From the NCBI GenBank assembly GCA_965217585.1, contig OZ244561.1:2368001-2432000 (forward strand): a DNA stretch of 64,000 bases, read 5' to 3'. The notes below the pieces were generated by a model. The model did no database searches, was not told where the DNA came from, and was given only the letters and a program-made list of their open reading frames with translations. The position numbers were made by a program, and so were the translations under genes. The stretch is from Candidatus Latescibacterota bacterium. Its GTDB lineage: Bacteria > Latescibacterota > UBA2968 > UBA8231. This document shows, in pieces, positions 26,440-36,900 of this stretch (its first letter is position 1; each line of letters opens with the position of its first letter).

Positions 26440-27324
26440 ATGAAACTCACGACGGAACAGATCGCAGAATTCAACACCCGAGGCGTCATCATCGCCCGCG
26501 AGGCACTGACCTACGATGACTTGCAGCCGGTGATCGACGAGCTGTCGGCGTGGATCAACGAGCGCGCGCGGGTGCTACACTCAGAAGGGGAGCTAGCGGA
26601 CCTGCACGAGGACGCCCCGTTTGCGACGCGCTACGGCTTGCTGTTCAAACAATGCCCAGACATCGGACACGGAATGGACATCATGCACTATCGGGGGCGG
26701 GCGATGTTTGAGTTTTTGCGCAATGAGAATCTGCTCGACCTCCTCGAATCCCTCTTGGGTCCCGAGCTGACTTGCAACCCCATCCAGCATTTGCGATCCA
26801 AGCCGCCGCAAGCCTACGAAAACCGCGAAGGCCCCTCTTTCCACAACGCGCCCTGGCATCAAGACGCCGGCGTGATGATGCCGGAAGCCGAAGGCTCTGA
26901 CGTCGTCACCTGCTGGCTGCCTTTGGCCGCAGCCACGGTAGAGACCGGCTGCATGGAGGTCTTGCCCGGCCTCGTCGAAACCGGCTACCTCCGGCATTTG
27001 GCGGCCGGCGGCACCACCATCGCCCCCGAGGCCATGCCCCAAATTGAACCCTTCCCCTTGGAGTGCAAGCGCGGCGACGTGGTGCTCATGAGCCGCTTTA
27101 CGCCCCATCGCTCCACCCCCAATTACTCAGACCAATGCCGTTGGTCCCTCGACCTGCGCTACCAGCCCACTGGCGAGCACACCGGCCGCACCGGCCACCC
27201 CGACTTTGTCGCGCACTCCCGCCGCGGTCCGTCCGGCGAACTGACCGACTACGAGGAATGGTGCCGCCTGTGGATTGACGCCTTTGATAATCCCCATGGC
27301 GTTGTCGCACACCGCGGCGAATAG
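26440..27324 (+). CDS. PhyH family dioxygenase
   Basis: LTTEQIAEFNTRG, WHQD, TPH and RWSLDLRY motifs. Confidence 0.9.
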   Translation: MKLTTEQIAEFNTRGVIIAREALTYDDLQPVIDELSAWINERARVLHSEGELADLHEDAPFATRYGLLFKQCPDIGHGMDIMHYRGRAMFEFLRNENLLDLLESLLGPELTCNPIQHLRSKPPQAYENREGPSFHNAPWHQDAGVMMPEAEGSDVVTCWLPLAAATVETGCMEVLPGLVETGYLRHLAAGGTTIAPEAMPQIEPFPLECKRGDVVLMSRFTPHRSTPNYSDQCRWSLDLRYQPTGEHTGRTGHPDFVAHSRRGPSGELTDYEEWCRLWIDAFDNPHGVVAHRGE

Positions 27325-27387
27325 CGCGGCGCTACAAGCAAACTTGGCGAATGGCTAGCTGCGCTGAGCGATTACAAGGAGACGACG

Positions 27388-28965
27388 ATGGCCAAACCAC
27401 GCATTTTTTTCGACCACGACGGTCGGCACCCGCTGATCTACATGTACGAGCCGCCGATGCAGAAAGAAGAGCTGGAGGCGGCGGTAGACGAGTTGGTGGG
27501 GACGCCAGTCGAGGCGCTGTCGCTGACCCTGGGCGATGCGCAGAGCCTGCTCTACGATTCGCAGGTGGGCGCGTTGTGGGGACGGGATATAAAGAAGTGG
27601 CCGCATCTGATCTGGAAGCGGGCCAACCAGAATTTCACCCAATTGATCAAAGCCGGATGCGATCCGCTCCAGGTGCTCTGCGACAAAGCCCATGCCAATG
27701 GCCTGCTGCTCTACGCGATGCTATTGCCGCAGCAGGGGCCGCGGGAGTGGATGTTGAAAAGCTGGGAAAATCCGCGCTTCGCCGCCGAGCAGCGCGACCT
27801 GCAGCCGTTGGAGATCGGCAGCAAGGGCGGTGTGGACGCGGAGTGGCCGGGGTATCGCGCGTGGGATTACGCTTGTGATGCAGTGCGCGAGCGGAATTTG
27901 GCGATTGTCGAGGAAGTGCTCGCGCGCTATCCCGTTGACGGTTTTGAGCTACAGCTCAATTACTGCCCCTATTATTTTCACCCCGATGAGATTGCGGCGG
28001 GGATGGGGATTATGACCGAGTGGATAGGGCGGGTTTATGCGGCTGTAAAAAAGAGCGATCCGGCACGAGAATTGGTCCTGCGCGTGCCGGCGAATCTGGA
28101 TGGATGCCGGGCGGTGGGGCTGGAGCCATTGGAGTGGATGCGCCGGGGCATTGTCGACGCGATCGTGCCCGAGGCATCGGGAGCGGCGGATCCGTCGGCG
28201 GATTTCAGCGCCTTCGTCAAAGCGGCACACGGGACGGTGTGTCGGGTCTTGCCGGCGTTACAAAGTCGGATCGACAGCGACCGGGTCGGCGAGGGGACGA
28301 TCGAAATGGTGCGGGCGGGGGCTTGCAACTATTGGGCGCAGGGAGTCGACGGCCTCTATATCGCGCATTGGTTTGGCTGTTGGCCGTATAAGGCCGATTT
28401 CTACCAGAAGCTGCGCGAGGTGCCCTTCCCCGAGACGATGGCGGCCAAGGACAAGGTCTATCGAATCCCCAGCGAGGGCAGCGCGCCGGCGCCGGAGGCG
28501 ATTGCGCCGCATGTCGCTAATCCGCTACCCATTGAGTTGACAAAGGGGCAGGCGCAACAGGTGGGTTTTGCGGTGAGCGATGATCTGAAAAAATGGGACA
28601 AGGTCGATCGGGTCCACGAGGTGATCTTGCGGGTGCGAGTGCAGGAGACGACGGAGCGGGACCGCTTGCGCTTTGCTTTTAACGGCAAAGAATTACCGCA
28701 ATCGCTGCTGCGCAAAATCAATCAGATGTACGTGATGGATGCGCCGCGCTATCGGGTTTTTGGCTATTGGTATGTCTTTCGTTTGGACGAAAAATTTAGG
28801 CCGGTGCAGGGGTGGAATGTGCTGGAGGTCGAACTGCTCAAACGGGACGGGCAGGCGCTACCGGCTGTCGTATTGCGCGATGTAGAGCTGGAAATCAAGT
28901 ACTTGATGGGGAAGAATTACCATCGGGGTTTGATCGATGCAGATCTGGGACCGGGTGAATTGTAG
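27388..28965 (+). CDS. Glycoside-hydrolase-like TIM-barrel protein (GHL10-like) with a C-terminal beta domain
   Basis: WDYACDAVRE, YPVDGFELQL and YWAQGVDGLY motifs. RBS aaggag. Confidence 0.6.
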   Translation: MAKPRIFFDHDGRHPLIYMYEPPMQKEELEAAVDELVGTPVEALSLTLGDAQSLLYDSQVGALWGRDIKKWPHLIWKRANQNFTQLIKAGCDPLQVLCDKAHANGLLLYAMLLPQQGPREWMLKSWENPRFAAEQRDLQPLEIGSKGGVDAEWPGYRAWDYACDAVRERNLAIVEEVLARYPVDGFELQLNYCPYYFHPDEIAAGMGIMTEWIGRVYAAVKKSDPARELVLRVPANLDGCRAVGLEPLEWMRRGIVDAIVPEASGAADPSADFSAFVKAAHGTVCRVLPALQSRIDSDRVGEGTIEMVRAGACNYWAQGVDGLYIAHWFGCWPYKADFYQKLREVPFPETMAAKDKVYRIPSEGSAPAPEAIAPHVANPLPIELTKGQAQQVGFAVSDDLKKWDKVDRVHEVILRVRVQETTERDRLRFAFNGKELPQSLLRKINQMYVMDAPRYRVFGYWYVFRLDEKFRPVQGWNVLEVELLKRDGQALPAVVLRDVELEIKYLMGKNYHRGLIDADLGPGEL

Positions 28966-29353
28966 CTTCTCTGCACGTGCCCTGGTGCTGGGGGGCGCTC
29001 CAGCCCTGTTTCAGAGTTTCGGTGGGTATGGGCTGGCGCTCCAAGGGGAGTACGGGCTGCTGGAAAATATCTATCCCGAGATCGAGCGGCGGGGTTGGGA
29101 CCAGGTGCTCGATAAAAAATGGTTGGATCTCGTTACCTTCGACGGGGAATTTTACGGCATTCCCATCGAAGCCGCTACGTTCGGGATCATCGCCAATACG
29201 ACCCTCTTCGACCGTCATGGCATCGAGTATCCCACGGATTGGCCGACGTTTGTGCGGGCCTGCGAAGCGTTCAAGGCGCGCGGTATCCAGCCGCTGCTGA
29301 TAGCCGGCAAGGAAGAAGGCGGCGGCAATAAGACGCAGATTGACGCTTTCTAA
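28966..29353 (+). pseudogene. Fragment of an ABC-transporter sugar-binding protein
   Basis: DGEFYGIP..GIIANTTLFDRHGIEYPTDWPTFVRACEAFKARGIQP is an internal SBP_bac_1 segment. There is no start or signal peptide, and the frame ends early. Confidence 0.7.
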
Positions 29354-29674
29354 GCTGCTTTGCAACTTAGATCCGGTGTACATATTAGGAACCCGACTAT
29401 CGCCTTTTAGGATGACGATTATGCCGCCCCAGCAAACTCGCTATCCTGCCAAAGAAACGGCGCGGCGGTGGCGACGCGGGAGAAAATCCATTCGGCATGG
29501 GCATTCGGGCACACTATATTCGGGGCGGGCAGCGGCAGGCTTTGCGCAGGTACCAGAGACGTATCAGCCGAGGTACTCACGGAAGTTAGGGGCGACTGGC
29601 GATGGTGGGGGAAAGGTAGCCCATTGTCAAATTACTCTGAAAGGTGTCGGCATAGATGTCAAAGAAACCCACCG

Positions 29675-29711
29675 CTATATATGAAGCGTCTATATATGAA
29701 GCGTCTATATA
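29675..29711 (+). repeat. 15-bp tandem repeat (ctatatatgaagcgt x2.5) overlapping a TATAAT box
   Basis: Copies at 29675 and 29690, partial copy at 29705. TATAAT at 29708-29713, AAGGAG RBS before ATG 29743. Confidence 0.85.
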
Positions 29712-29742
29712 ATCCATATCTATATGTGAAAGGAGCCGTTGC

Positions 29743-30438
29743 ATGACACGGGATAGAACGCGCAGCAACGGGGGGAATGAGCCGAGCATCGAGATTGTCG
29801 AGTTCTCCGTTGTCGTGATCGCAACTGCAAACAATCCGTCCATCTTAAATCTTGATTTCTTGCGATACAACGAAATCGTGAATCCAGATTGGCAGGTACA
29901 GGGTTCTCCCGTCTCGAATCCAGCTTTTGCCCAAGTGTCATTTGAGGACGGGCTTACCGTTACCGCTGACCTGAACCGCGTCATCTTTGAGCAAAAAACC
30001 GGAGGCACTTTGGTCGCACCAGAAGTGGCGAAACGCTATTTTCAGCAGGTCCCGCATGTTCCTTATTCCGGCATCGGCATCAATCCCAAGTTCTTTCTGC
30101 GCTCAACGGGAGAGCATCTGTCGCTTATGGATAGTGTAGTGTGCGATCAAGGCGCTTGGATGTCGTTCAAGGATGCAGCGCCGACGGTTCAACTGAAATT
30201 AATCTATCGCTACGAAGACGAAGCAAGGACTATTTTCCTTGATGTTGCCCAGATTGAACCGACAATAGATGACCAGACGGTTTCTGGGATACTGTTCCAA
30301 GCGAATGTCCATCGTGACGTGGAAGGACCGAACGCACAAGCCCGAAACGAGCACATCCAGTCTATTTTGGACAGGTGGGAAGACGATCTGGAGGATGTCC
30401 GTCAGTTGAGTAAGGTTCTGTCAGGAGGGATAAAATGA
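29743..30438 (+). CDS. Hypothetical protein, possibly TIGR04255-like
   Basis: 231 aa with NNPSILNLDFL, VPYSGIGIN and FQANVHRD motifs. Overlaps the next gene (ATGA). Confidence 0.55.
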   Translation: MTRDRTRSNGGNEPSIEIVEFSVVVIATANNPSILNLDFLRYNEIVNPDWQVQGSPVSNPAFAQVSFEDGLTVTADLNRVIFEQKTGGTLVAPEVAKRYFQQVPHVPYSGIGINPKFFLRSTGEHLSLMDSVVCDQGAWMSFKDAAPTVQLKLIYRYEDEARTIFLDVAQIEPTIDDQTVSGILFQANVHRDVEGPNAQARNEHIQSILDRWEDDLEDVRQLSKVLSGGIK

Positions 30439-31328
30439 CTGCGGTCCTCAATGAATCCATAACGACTGCATACTACGGGGACGAACCCGTATCACCAACG
30501 GCCGAGGGTCCTGCTCCAGTCATACCTCCAGAGCCTCCTGCGGAAGATGATTCGGCAGACGTGTATCTGGTTACGGCAGAAGGGCTACGCAGTGTCTCTC
30601 AGTTTGGAGAAGGCTCAGAAGCCGAACTCATATCCCCGAAAACGGCATACGCGGAATATTTAATACGGAGCGGAGTAGGAAAGGACCTTTTTACGAGCCA
30701 GAGTGCGGAAGGTTTTCCTTGGGGGCCTCCTAATGCCTTATTCGGTCTTGAGCAAAGCACTGACGCAAGGGAAAAGGAATTACTCCTAACGGCCTTACCG
30801 AACGTCCTCGATACTTCCAAACGGCCTTATAATATCTATTCCACGCCAGTGTGGACGTCTCCGATATGGAACGAGGTAGGAACGCACCACGTCAGGCACC
30901 AGAGAACGGAACATCCTTCCGGAGCGTTTTTTGATGCCGTACTCTCTTTTGAGCAGAGCAGTGAAGACGCAAAGGAAGAGGACCTCGCCAACGCCTTACG
31001 CGATCTTCACGAGATAAACGAAGAGGCCGACGAAGAAGGAATTCCGCCGCCTTCAGAATCGGCTATTGCCAACGCGGATCGTCTGATACGAGCAATCTAT
31101 GACATATTGCCACGTCAATATCTGGTGGAACTCCTGCCGGAAGGGGTTATTGCTATCACCGTTCCCGGCGGATTTCGGCGTTCAGTTATATTATTGTGCG
31201 AATCTAAGGGCGGGGCACTGTGCTCTGTCAACATGAACGGCGAACATCGGCGCAAACGGTATCCACACGCGGACCAACTGCCGGATAGATTTCTGCATGA
31301 AGCCTTGAGTGAACTGGGACAGGAGTAA
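30435..31328 (+). CDS. Hypothetical protein (acidic, low-complexity N-terminus; folded C-terminal domain)
   Basis: 297-aa ORF, GGAGG RBS, translationally coupled to the upstream gene. Confidence 0.7.
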   Translation: MTAVLNESITTAYYGDEPVSPTAEGPAPVIPPEPPAEDDSADVYLVTAEGLRSVSQFGEGSEAELISPKTAYAEYLIRSGVGKDLFTSQSAEGFPWGPPNALFGLEQSTDAREKELLLTALPNVLDTSKRPYNIYSTPVWTSPIWNEVGTHHVRHQRTEHPSGAFFDAVLSFEQSSEDAKEEDLANALRDLHEINEEADEEGIPPPSESAIANADRLIRAIYDILPRQYLVELLPEGVIAITVPGGFRRSVILLCESKGGALCSVNMNGEHRRKRYPHADQLPDRFLHEALSELGQE

Positions 31329-31333
31329 GTTGG

Positions 31334-31789
31334 TTGGCTCGCACGAGCCTCCCTCAGAGCATATCTCCGAACGAGACTTTGGGGAGGGGCGTATTTTCAA
31401 GCAGACAGGCACGCCAAGCTAGACGCGGGACGAAAATGCCCCTCCGTGCATTCCTCGAAGCGTGGGGGAAAGTGACGCTCTCCGTTGACCGGCTTGATTT
31501 CGCAGAACCTGAAGAGATGGCGACGCTTGGCGACAGTGTAGCAGCTAGCCGTAGTAGCGTGGACCGTAAGGTCACTTTTTATGGCTGGGCCGTCATTGCT
31601 GCTAAAGACGCCGAAAACAATGGGCGGCAGGTGGTTTACACTCCACAACCCGATAATCCATACCATACAGACATTATCTTGCCAGACTCCACAGCGGAGG
31701 ACCGCGACGAACAAATTAGTCACGCCCAAGAGTTGGCGGATGCGTCCCTATGGCGCGAACGTCCAAACTCCACGAAAACTGACGAATGA
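31334..31789 (+). CDS. Hypothetical protein, possible ART/RES-like fold
   Basis: TTG start after AGGAG. LGR, LSVDRL and NPYHTDI pattern. Confidence 0.6.
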   Translation: MARTSLPQSISPNETLGRGVFSSRQARQARRGTKMPLRAFLEAWGKVTLSVDRLDFAEPEEMATLGDSVAASRSSVDRKVTFYGWAVIAAKDAENNGRQVVYTPQPDNPYHTDIILPDSTAEDRDEQISHAQELADASLWRERPNSTKTDE

Positions 31790-31938
31790 CTCTTCGCGGA
31801 TTGGCTCAATCGAAAATAAAATCGACCTAATCGGCTCCTCGGGCCGCCTCGCACCAGCTTGACCAAGCAGGCGGATTGCATTAACTCAGAAGTGCACTGC
31901 CTCCGGGCTACCGAAGCTAACCGAAAGACAGGTGCAAC

Positions 31939-33879
31939 GTGGACCTAGACGCACTGCTGCGCGACGTGGATCTAGACGAAATGATGCGCCTCTACGACGA
32001 GGCGGCTGAGGAGCTGCTGCAAGTCGCGATAAGCGACGGCCACTTTGCCGACCGCGACCCAAGCGAAATCACCTGGCCGGTAGGCGCAGACCTCGACGCA
32101 CTCACGCGACGCGCCGAGCTGATCGGCACCATTCACGAGGGCACCCCCCCGCTCCGCGACAAGCGCCTGCAAGAGGCCTACGACCACTACGAGCGCGTCG
32201 GCCCCGCCTACCACCAAGCGAATCGCCTCTACCTAGCAACGCGCCGGCTCTTCGTCGAACGCGGGCGCGGCGACTCACTCGATTTCCACGCGCTCTACCA
32301 ATCGGTCTATCTACACGCCCTAGGCCGCGACAACCCCTACACCCTTGACGAAGGTGAGGCTGCCCTCGTCAAGCTGCGGGTCGCCCGCGTGCCGCTGTCC
32401 CACGCCCACGCCGTCGCCGAGAAGCTGGAAGCCAGTGCGGCACAAAAAGAACCCGCGACCGACTCGGCCGACGATCCGCGCTTGGCAGAGCACTACGCCT
32501 GCGAAATTGACGGGGTGCGCCACGCCGGGACACTCGGCGATCTACTTGACGAGGTTGCCGAGCGCGTCGTCGATTACCTCGCCGCTGGCGAGCACTTCGC
32601 CATCCGCTTTAACACCTATAGCAACTTCATCTATCTCGGAATATCGGTGTGGAAGGCCATCACGGACGCCGACTTGCTCTTGGCCCGCATTGAGGGCCGG
32701 GTGCGCGCCCAATGGCACCAAAAGCTGTGCAAGCTGGTCCTGCTGGGTAAGGGCATGCTACTCAAGTTCCTCCAAGCCCACTCCGAAGATCCCGCCCAAA
32801 TCAAGCCGAGGGAATTTTGGTACGGCCAAGAGTATAGCTACCTGACCCGCGACATGATCGACCTAACGCGCCGCTTAGTCGGCTACGTCAACCGGCTAGC
32901 GGGCCGGGCGGGGGGGGAAGTTGATCTGGTGATCCTGCCCCCCCTGCTCGACGGCAAGGCCAAGGGCCGCTTTCTCGAATACCAGCACGTCGGGCGACGC
33001 CAGACCCTCGGCTCATGGAGCCGTCGGGCGCGCCTCTTTCGGTGGGCTTTCCTCTACTACCGCACCGGCAAGAAAAAAATGAGCCTCCTAGCGGCTCAAC
33101 TCCCAGAAGCGGAGCGCCTCAAAGCCGCCAGCGCCCAAAGCAGCGAATGGGGGCGGAAATCGCTGGACATTTTTGACATTGAATTGACCATAAGCGCCGA
33201 CCCGCTCTTCGCCGCCACCGCGCGCGACCTCGACCTAGCCAACAAACAGGAGAAAGTCCTTTTCCTCCCTACGCACCGCAGCCTCTTCGACCATCCGGTG
33301 ATGAGCAGCCTGCTCCACGATCCTCGCTTCCTCGAGCTGATCGGCTGGCGCGAACCCCCCACGCCCGTGAGCCTCGCCCGCGCCCGACTCACCGAACCCG
33401 CAACCCTGCGCATTGGCGGGCGCTCTTTTTCGCTAATTGGCTTTACTACCGAGGAAGTTGACAACATAATGGAGACCGTTGACGGGCACGTCATTATGAG
33501 TCGCTCGGCCGACACAAAGAATCCCACGCGCCGCTTTGCCGAGCTCCTCACAGAGCGACCGGGCATCGTCTATGGCGAGGGTACCACCGCCGCCTTTGAG
33601 CATCAGTGCCTGCCCATGCAGCACGCACTTTTTGCTTACTTGCCGCCCGACGTGATCATCGTGCCGCTGGCTTTTCGCGGCCTCCATTCCCTGTGGCCCA
33701 AGTGCCCGCGCGGCAATCTCGACATCGGCAGCGGACGGGTCGAAGTGGTGGTTTGTCCGCCCATGCTCGGCGAAACCACACTCCTGCCGCGCAAGCGCGC
33801 ACTGCGTACGCAGCTAGAGCCAGCGACGCTCTTCCAAGCCGTACACATCGCGCGGCTTTTCAACCCGGAACCAGCTTAG
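31939..33879 (+). CDS. Large protein with a C-terminal lysophospholipid acyltransferase (PlsC-like) domain
   Basis: THRSLFD (HX4D), YGEGT and IVPLAFRG. The ~430-aa N-terminus is unrecognised. Confidence 0.75.
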   Translation: MDLDALLRDVDLDEMMRLYDEAAEELLQVAISDGHFADRDPSEITWPVGADLDALTRRAELIGTIHEGTPPLRDKRLQEAYDHYERVGPAYHQANRLYLATRRLFVERGRGDSLDFHALYQSVYLHALGRDNPYTLDEGEAALVKLRVARVPLSHAHAVAEKLEASAAQKEPATDSADDPRLAEHYACEIDGVRHAGTLGDLLDEVAERVVDYLAAGEHFAIRFNTYSNFIYLGISVWKAITDADLLLARIEGRVRAQWHQKLCKLVLLGKGMLLKFLQAHSEDPAQIKPREFWYGQEYSYLTRDMIDLTRRLVGYVNRLAGRAGGEVDLVILPPLLDGKAKGRFLEYQHVGRRQTLGSWSRRARLFRWAFLYYRTGKKKMSLLAAQLPEAERLKAASAQSSEWGRKSLDIFDIELTISADPLFAATARDLDLANKQEKVLFLPTHRSLFDHPVMSSLLHDPRFLELIGWREPPTPVSLARARLTEPATLRIGGRSFSLIGFTTEEVDNIMETVDGHVIMSRSADTKNPTRRFAELLTERPGIVYGEGTTAAFEHQCLPMQHALFAYLPPDVIIVPLAFRGLHSLWPKCPRGNLDIGSGRVEVVVCPPMLGETTLLPRKRALRTQLEPATLFQAVHIARLFNPEPA

Positions 33880-33910
33880 AGATCCTAACAAAACCTGCTA
33901 GGCGATCCTC

Positions 33911-33963
33911 GGAACGCGGGCGTCCCGCCCACCCATGTCATTCCCGCTTTCGCGGGAATCCAG
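33911..33963. repeat. REP-like palindromes between convergent genes
   Basis: ggaacgcgggcgtcccgccc plus gtcattcccgc-tttc-gcgggaatccag. The 12-mer ggaacgcgggcg also occurs at 25299. Confidence 0.6.
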
Positions 33964-33983
33964 TTTTGTTAGGGCCTCTTAGA

Positions 33984-36900
33984 CTAAAAGAGCGATAGCT
34001 GCTCAGCCCCCCGTCGGCGCGGCATTGCCACATCCTCGCGCGCGAGCAATCGAGCGGGGATCTCTTCTACAAACGGCGATAGCGCACATTGCACCCGCTC
34101 GCCATAGCGCTGGCGGCTGCGCGCCCGCAGCAACACTAGCTCCTCCTCCGCCCGCGTCATACCCACGTAAAAGAGCCGTCGCTCCTCGGCGAGGTCGGCG
34201 TCCCGCTCGCGGAAGGGGATGAGTCCATCCTCCACCCCGCAGACAAATACCACTGGGAACTCCAAGCCCTTGGCCGCGTGCAAGGTCATCAGCGCGACGG
34301 CCTCCGGGCCTTGGGGACCGCCCCGCTCCTCGTAGTCGGCCTCCGCGCCTAGGAGCACAGTCTCCAGTAGCTGTGCGAGCGTTCCGGCCGCGTCCGCTAC
34401 TCGGGCCAAGTGCTCCAAGTCCTCGTCCTCCGGGTCGCCGAACTCGGCCTGCCAGCGCCGCACCCAAGTACCCGCCCCCTCCTGCGCGGCCCATTGCCTG
34501 TACTCCGCTATCCGCGCCTCTAGCGCCTCGACCCGATCCTGTGCCGCGGCCGACAGTTCCCCCCGTCTCACTTGGCGCAAAATGTGCGGCTCCGTGCCCA
34601 TGGCCTCTAGTGCCTGCCAGCGGCGCACGTCCTCTTGCGAAATTGAGGCGTAGCGGGCAAACGCCAAAGCAGCTCGCACCGCCGGCGCTTGCAGAAAACC
34701 CTTATGCCCGACGAGCCGATAGGGCAGACCCTCCCTGCGGAAGCATTCCTCTAGCGCTCGGCCCTGTTGGCCAGTGCGGAAGAGCACGGCAAAGTCGGCG
34801 AAACTGCGCGTGCCCTCTGCGCCGGCATCGGTCTGCACCATGTCGGTACCGCCGACCATGCGGGCAATCTCCCGCACCACCGCAATGCCTTCAGCCGTCT
34901 CGCCCTGTACCTCCATTAGGCGGATTCGCTCCTTTCCCGGGCGCACGGCCGCGAGTTCAATGGCCTCGCGCCCCGGATTGTGGCTGACGACGGCAGTGGC
35001 GGCCTCGACAATATGTCCCTGTGAGCGGTAGTTCGCACCCAGATGAAAGAGTCGCGTATCCGAGAAACGGTCGCGCAAGTGAACGAAGTAGGCGGGCGAA
35101 GCTCCGCGAAAGCTGTAGATCGCTTGATCCGGGTCGCCGATAGCCATCAGACCCGCGCCCGCACCCGCTAACTGGAGGACCAATCTATACTGCGCGGCGT
35201 TGAAGTCTTGGAACTCGTCTATTAGCAGGTAGGGAAAACGCGCTCGCACCTGTTCCCGCACGGCTGCATCCGCTTCTAAGAGGCGCAGCAAATCCAAGAG
35301 AATGTCGTCGTAGTCGCAGGCCCTGGACGCGTGTAGAGCCGCCTGATAGGCGTCGTAATGCGGTCGCCACTCCTCGGCGATCTCATCCGGCCCTTGCGCG
35401 GCGGCCTTGGCCAGCGAGATGGCTCGACCGGCCCCGGCAACCGGCCCCGGCAAACCGGCGTCTGCCAGCGCCCCTTCCAGCACCCGGCGCGCTTCCACCT
35501 CGTCGAGCACCAGCTTTGGCTCGCAGTCCAACTCCCGCAAGAGCGACAACGCCAAGCGGTGGAAGGTCCCCACCTGCATCGCGCCCAGCCCGGACTCACC
35601 GCCCAACAATGCGCTCAGCCGCTGCCGCATCTGTCCTGCCGCTCGCCGGGTAAAGGTAATGGCCATGATCTGCCCCGGGTCCACGCCGCTTGCGACCAGC
35701 CGCGCAATGCGCCGCGTCAGCACTCGGGTCTTGCCCGACCCTGGCCCGGCTACGACCACTAAAGGCCCTCCTGCGGCCTCTTCGATTTGCCGCTGTGCGG
35801 CGTCGGGCGCATCCGCGTCCTGCTCCGCTTGTGCGGTGCTAGCGGGCCTTGGCGGCATCGGCACCACTTCCTCAGCCGTCTTAGCGGCCGCTGGGCCCAA
35901 GTCGAACAGCACACCTTGCCCTTTTAAGCGCGCCCGCTCCTCCTCGCTGAACACGCTGATCACGCCGTACTCCCCATCGTGGCCAGGGTAGATGTCCACC
36001 TCGCCGCAGCGCATCCGGCGCACACCCTCGGCCACCAACGGCCCGGCGCAACTTTCAATCGCTGCGAGTCCGGCGCGGCGCAATACGTCGAGTTCCGGGC
36101 CGATCTCGGCCAAGAGCCGGTCGTACACGGCGCGAACTTTTTTGCTCTTTGGACCAACGCCAATTGCTGCGCCGATCACTTCGTCGAGCGGGATCAAGTA
36201 CTCGTAGGGTGGAGCAATATCCGGGCGGAACCCCTCCGGGCGATCGGCCAGCCGTTCCACCCGGTGCAAAACCCCCACCGTCAGCTTGCGTCCGCACACC
36301 GGGCAGATTCCCTCAGCGGCCAGTGTTTGCGCGGGCTTGTAGCACACCGCGCACTTGCGGTGTCCGTCGTAGTGGTATTTGCCTTCTTCAGGATAGAATT
36401 CCAAAGTGCCCAAAAAGCGCGCTGGGTCGCGGTCTTTGAGCGCGGAGTAAATGCCCGGATACGAGCACTCGGTGTCAAAGCACGTGGCCTCGCGGGCCAG
36501 CTTTTGCGGCGAGTGGGCGTCGGAATTGGATACGATCGCATAGCGGTCGAGGGCCGACAGCCGCCAGTTCATCGGCGGATCCGAGGACAGGCCAGTCTCC
36601 ACCGCGAAGATGTGCGGCAGCAAATCCCCGTAGCACTCCTCCAACGAGTCAAAGCCCGAAGAGGCCCCCAAAGCGGCAAAGTGCGGCGTCCATATATGGG
36701 CCGGGACGAATAGCACGTTCTCGTCGGCTTCGAGACAGATTTCTAAAAGGTCGCGACTGTCCAGCCCCAAGATGGGTCGGCCGTCGGACTTCAAGTTGCC
36801 AATGACACCGAGGCGGCGGTTGAATCGGGCGACGGATTCGAGGGTGGGTAGGATGACGACGTGGTGGATCTTGCGGGTTTTGTCGCCCTTCTTGTAGATA

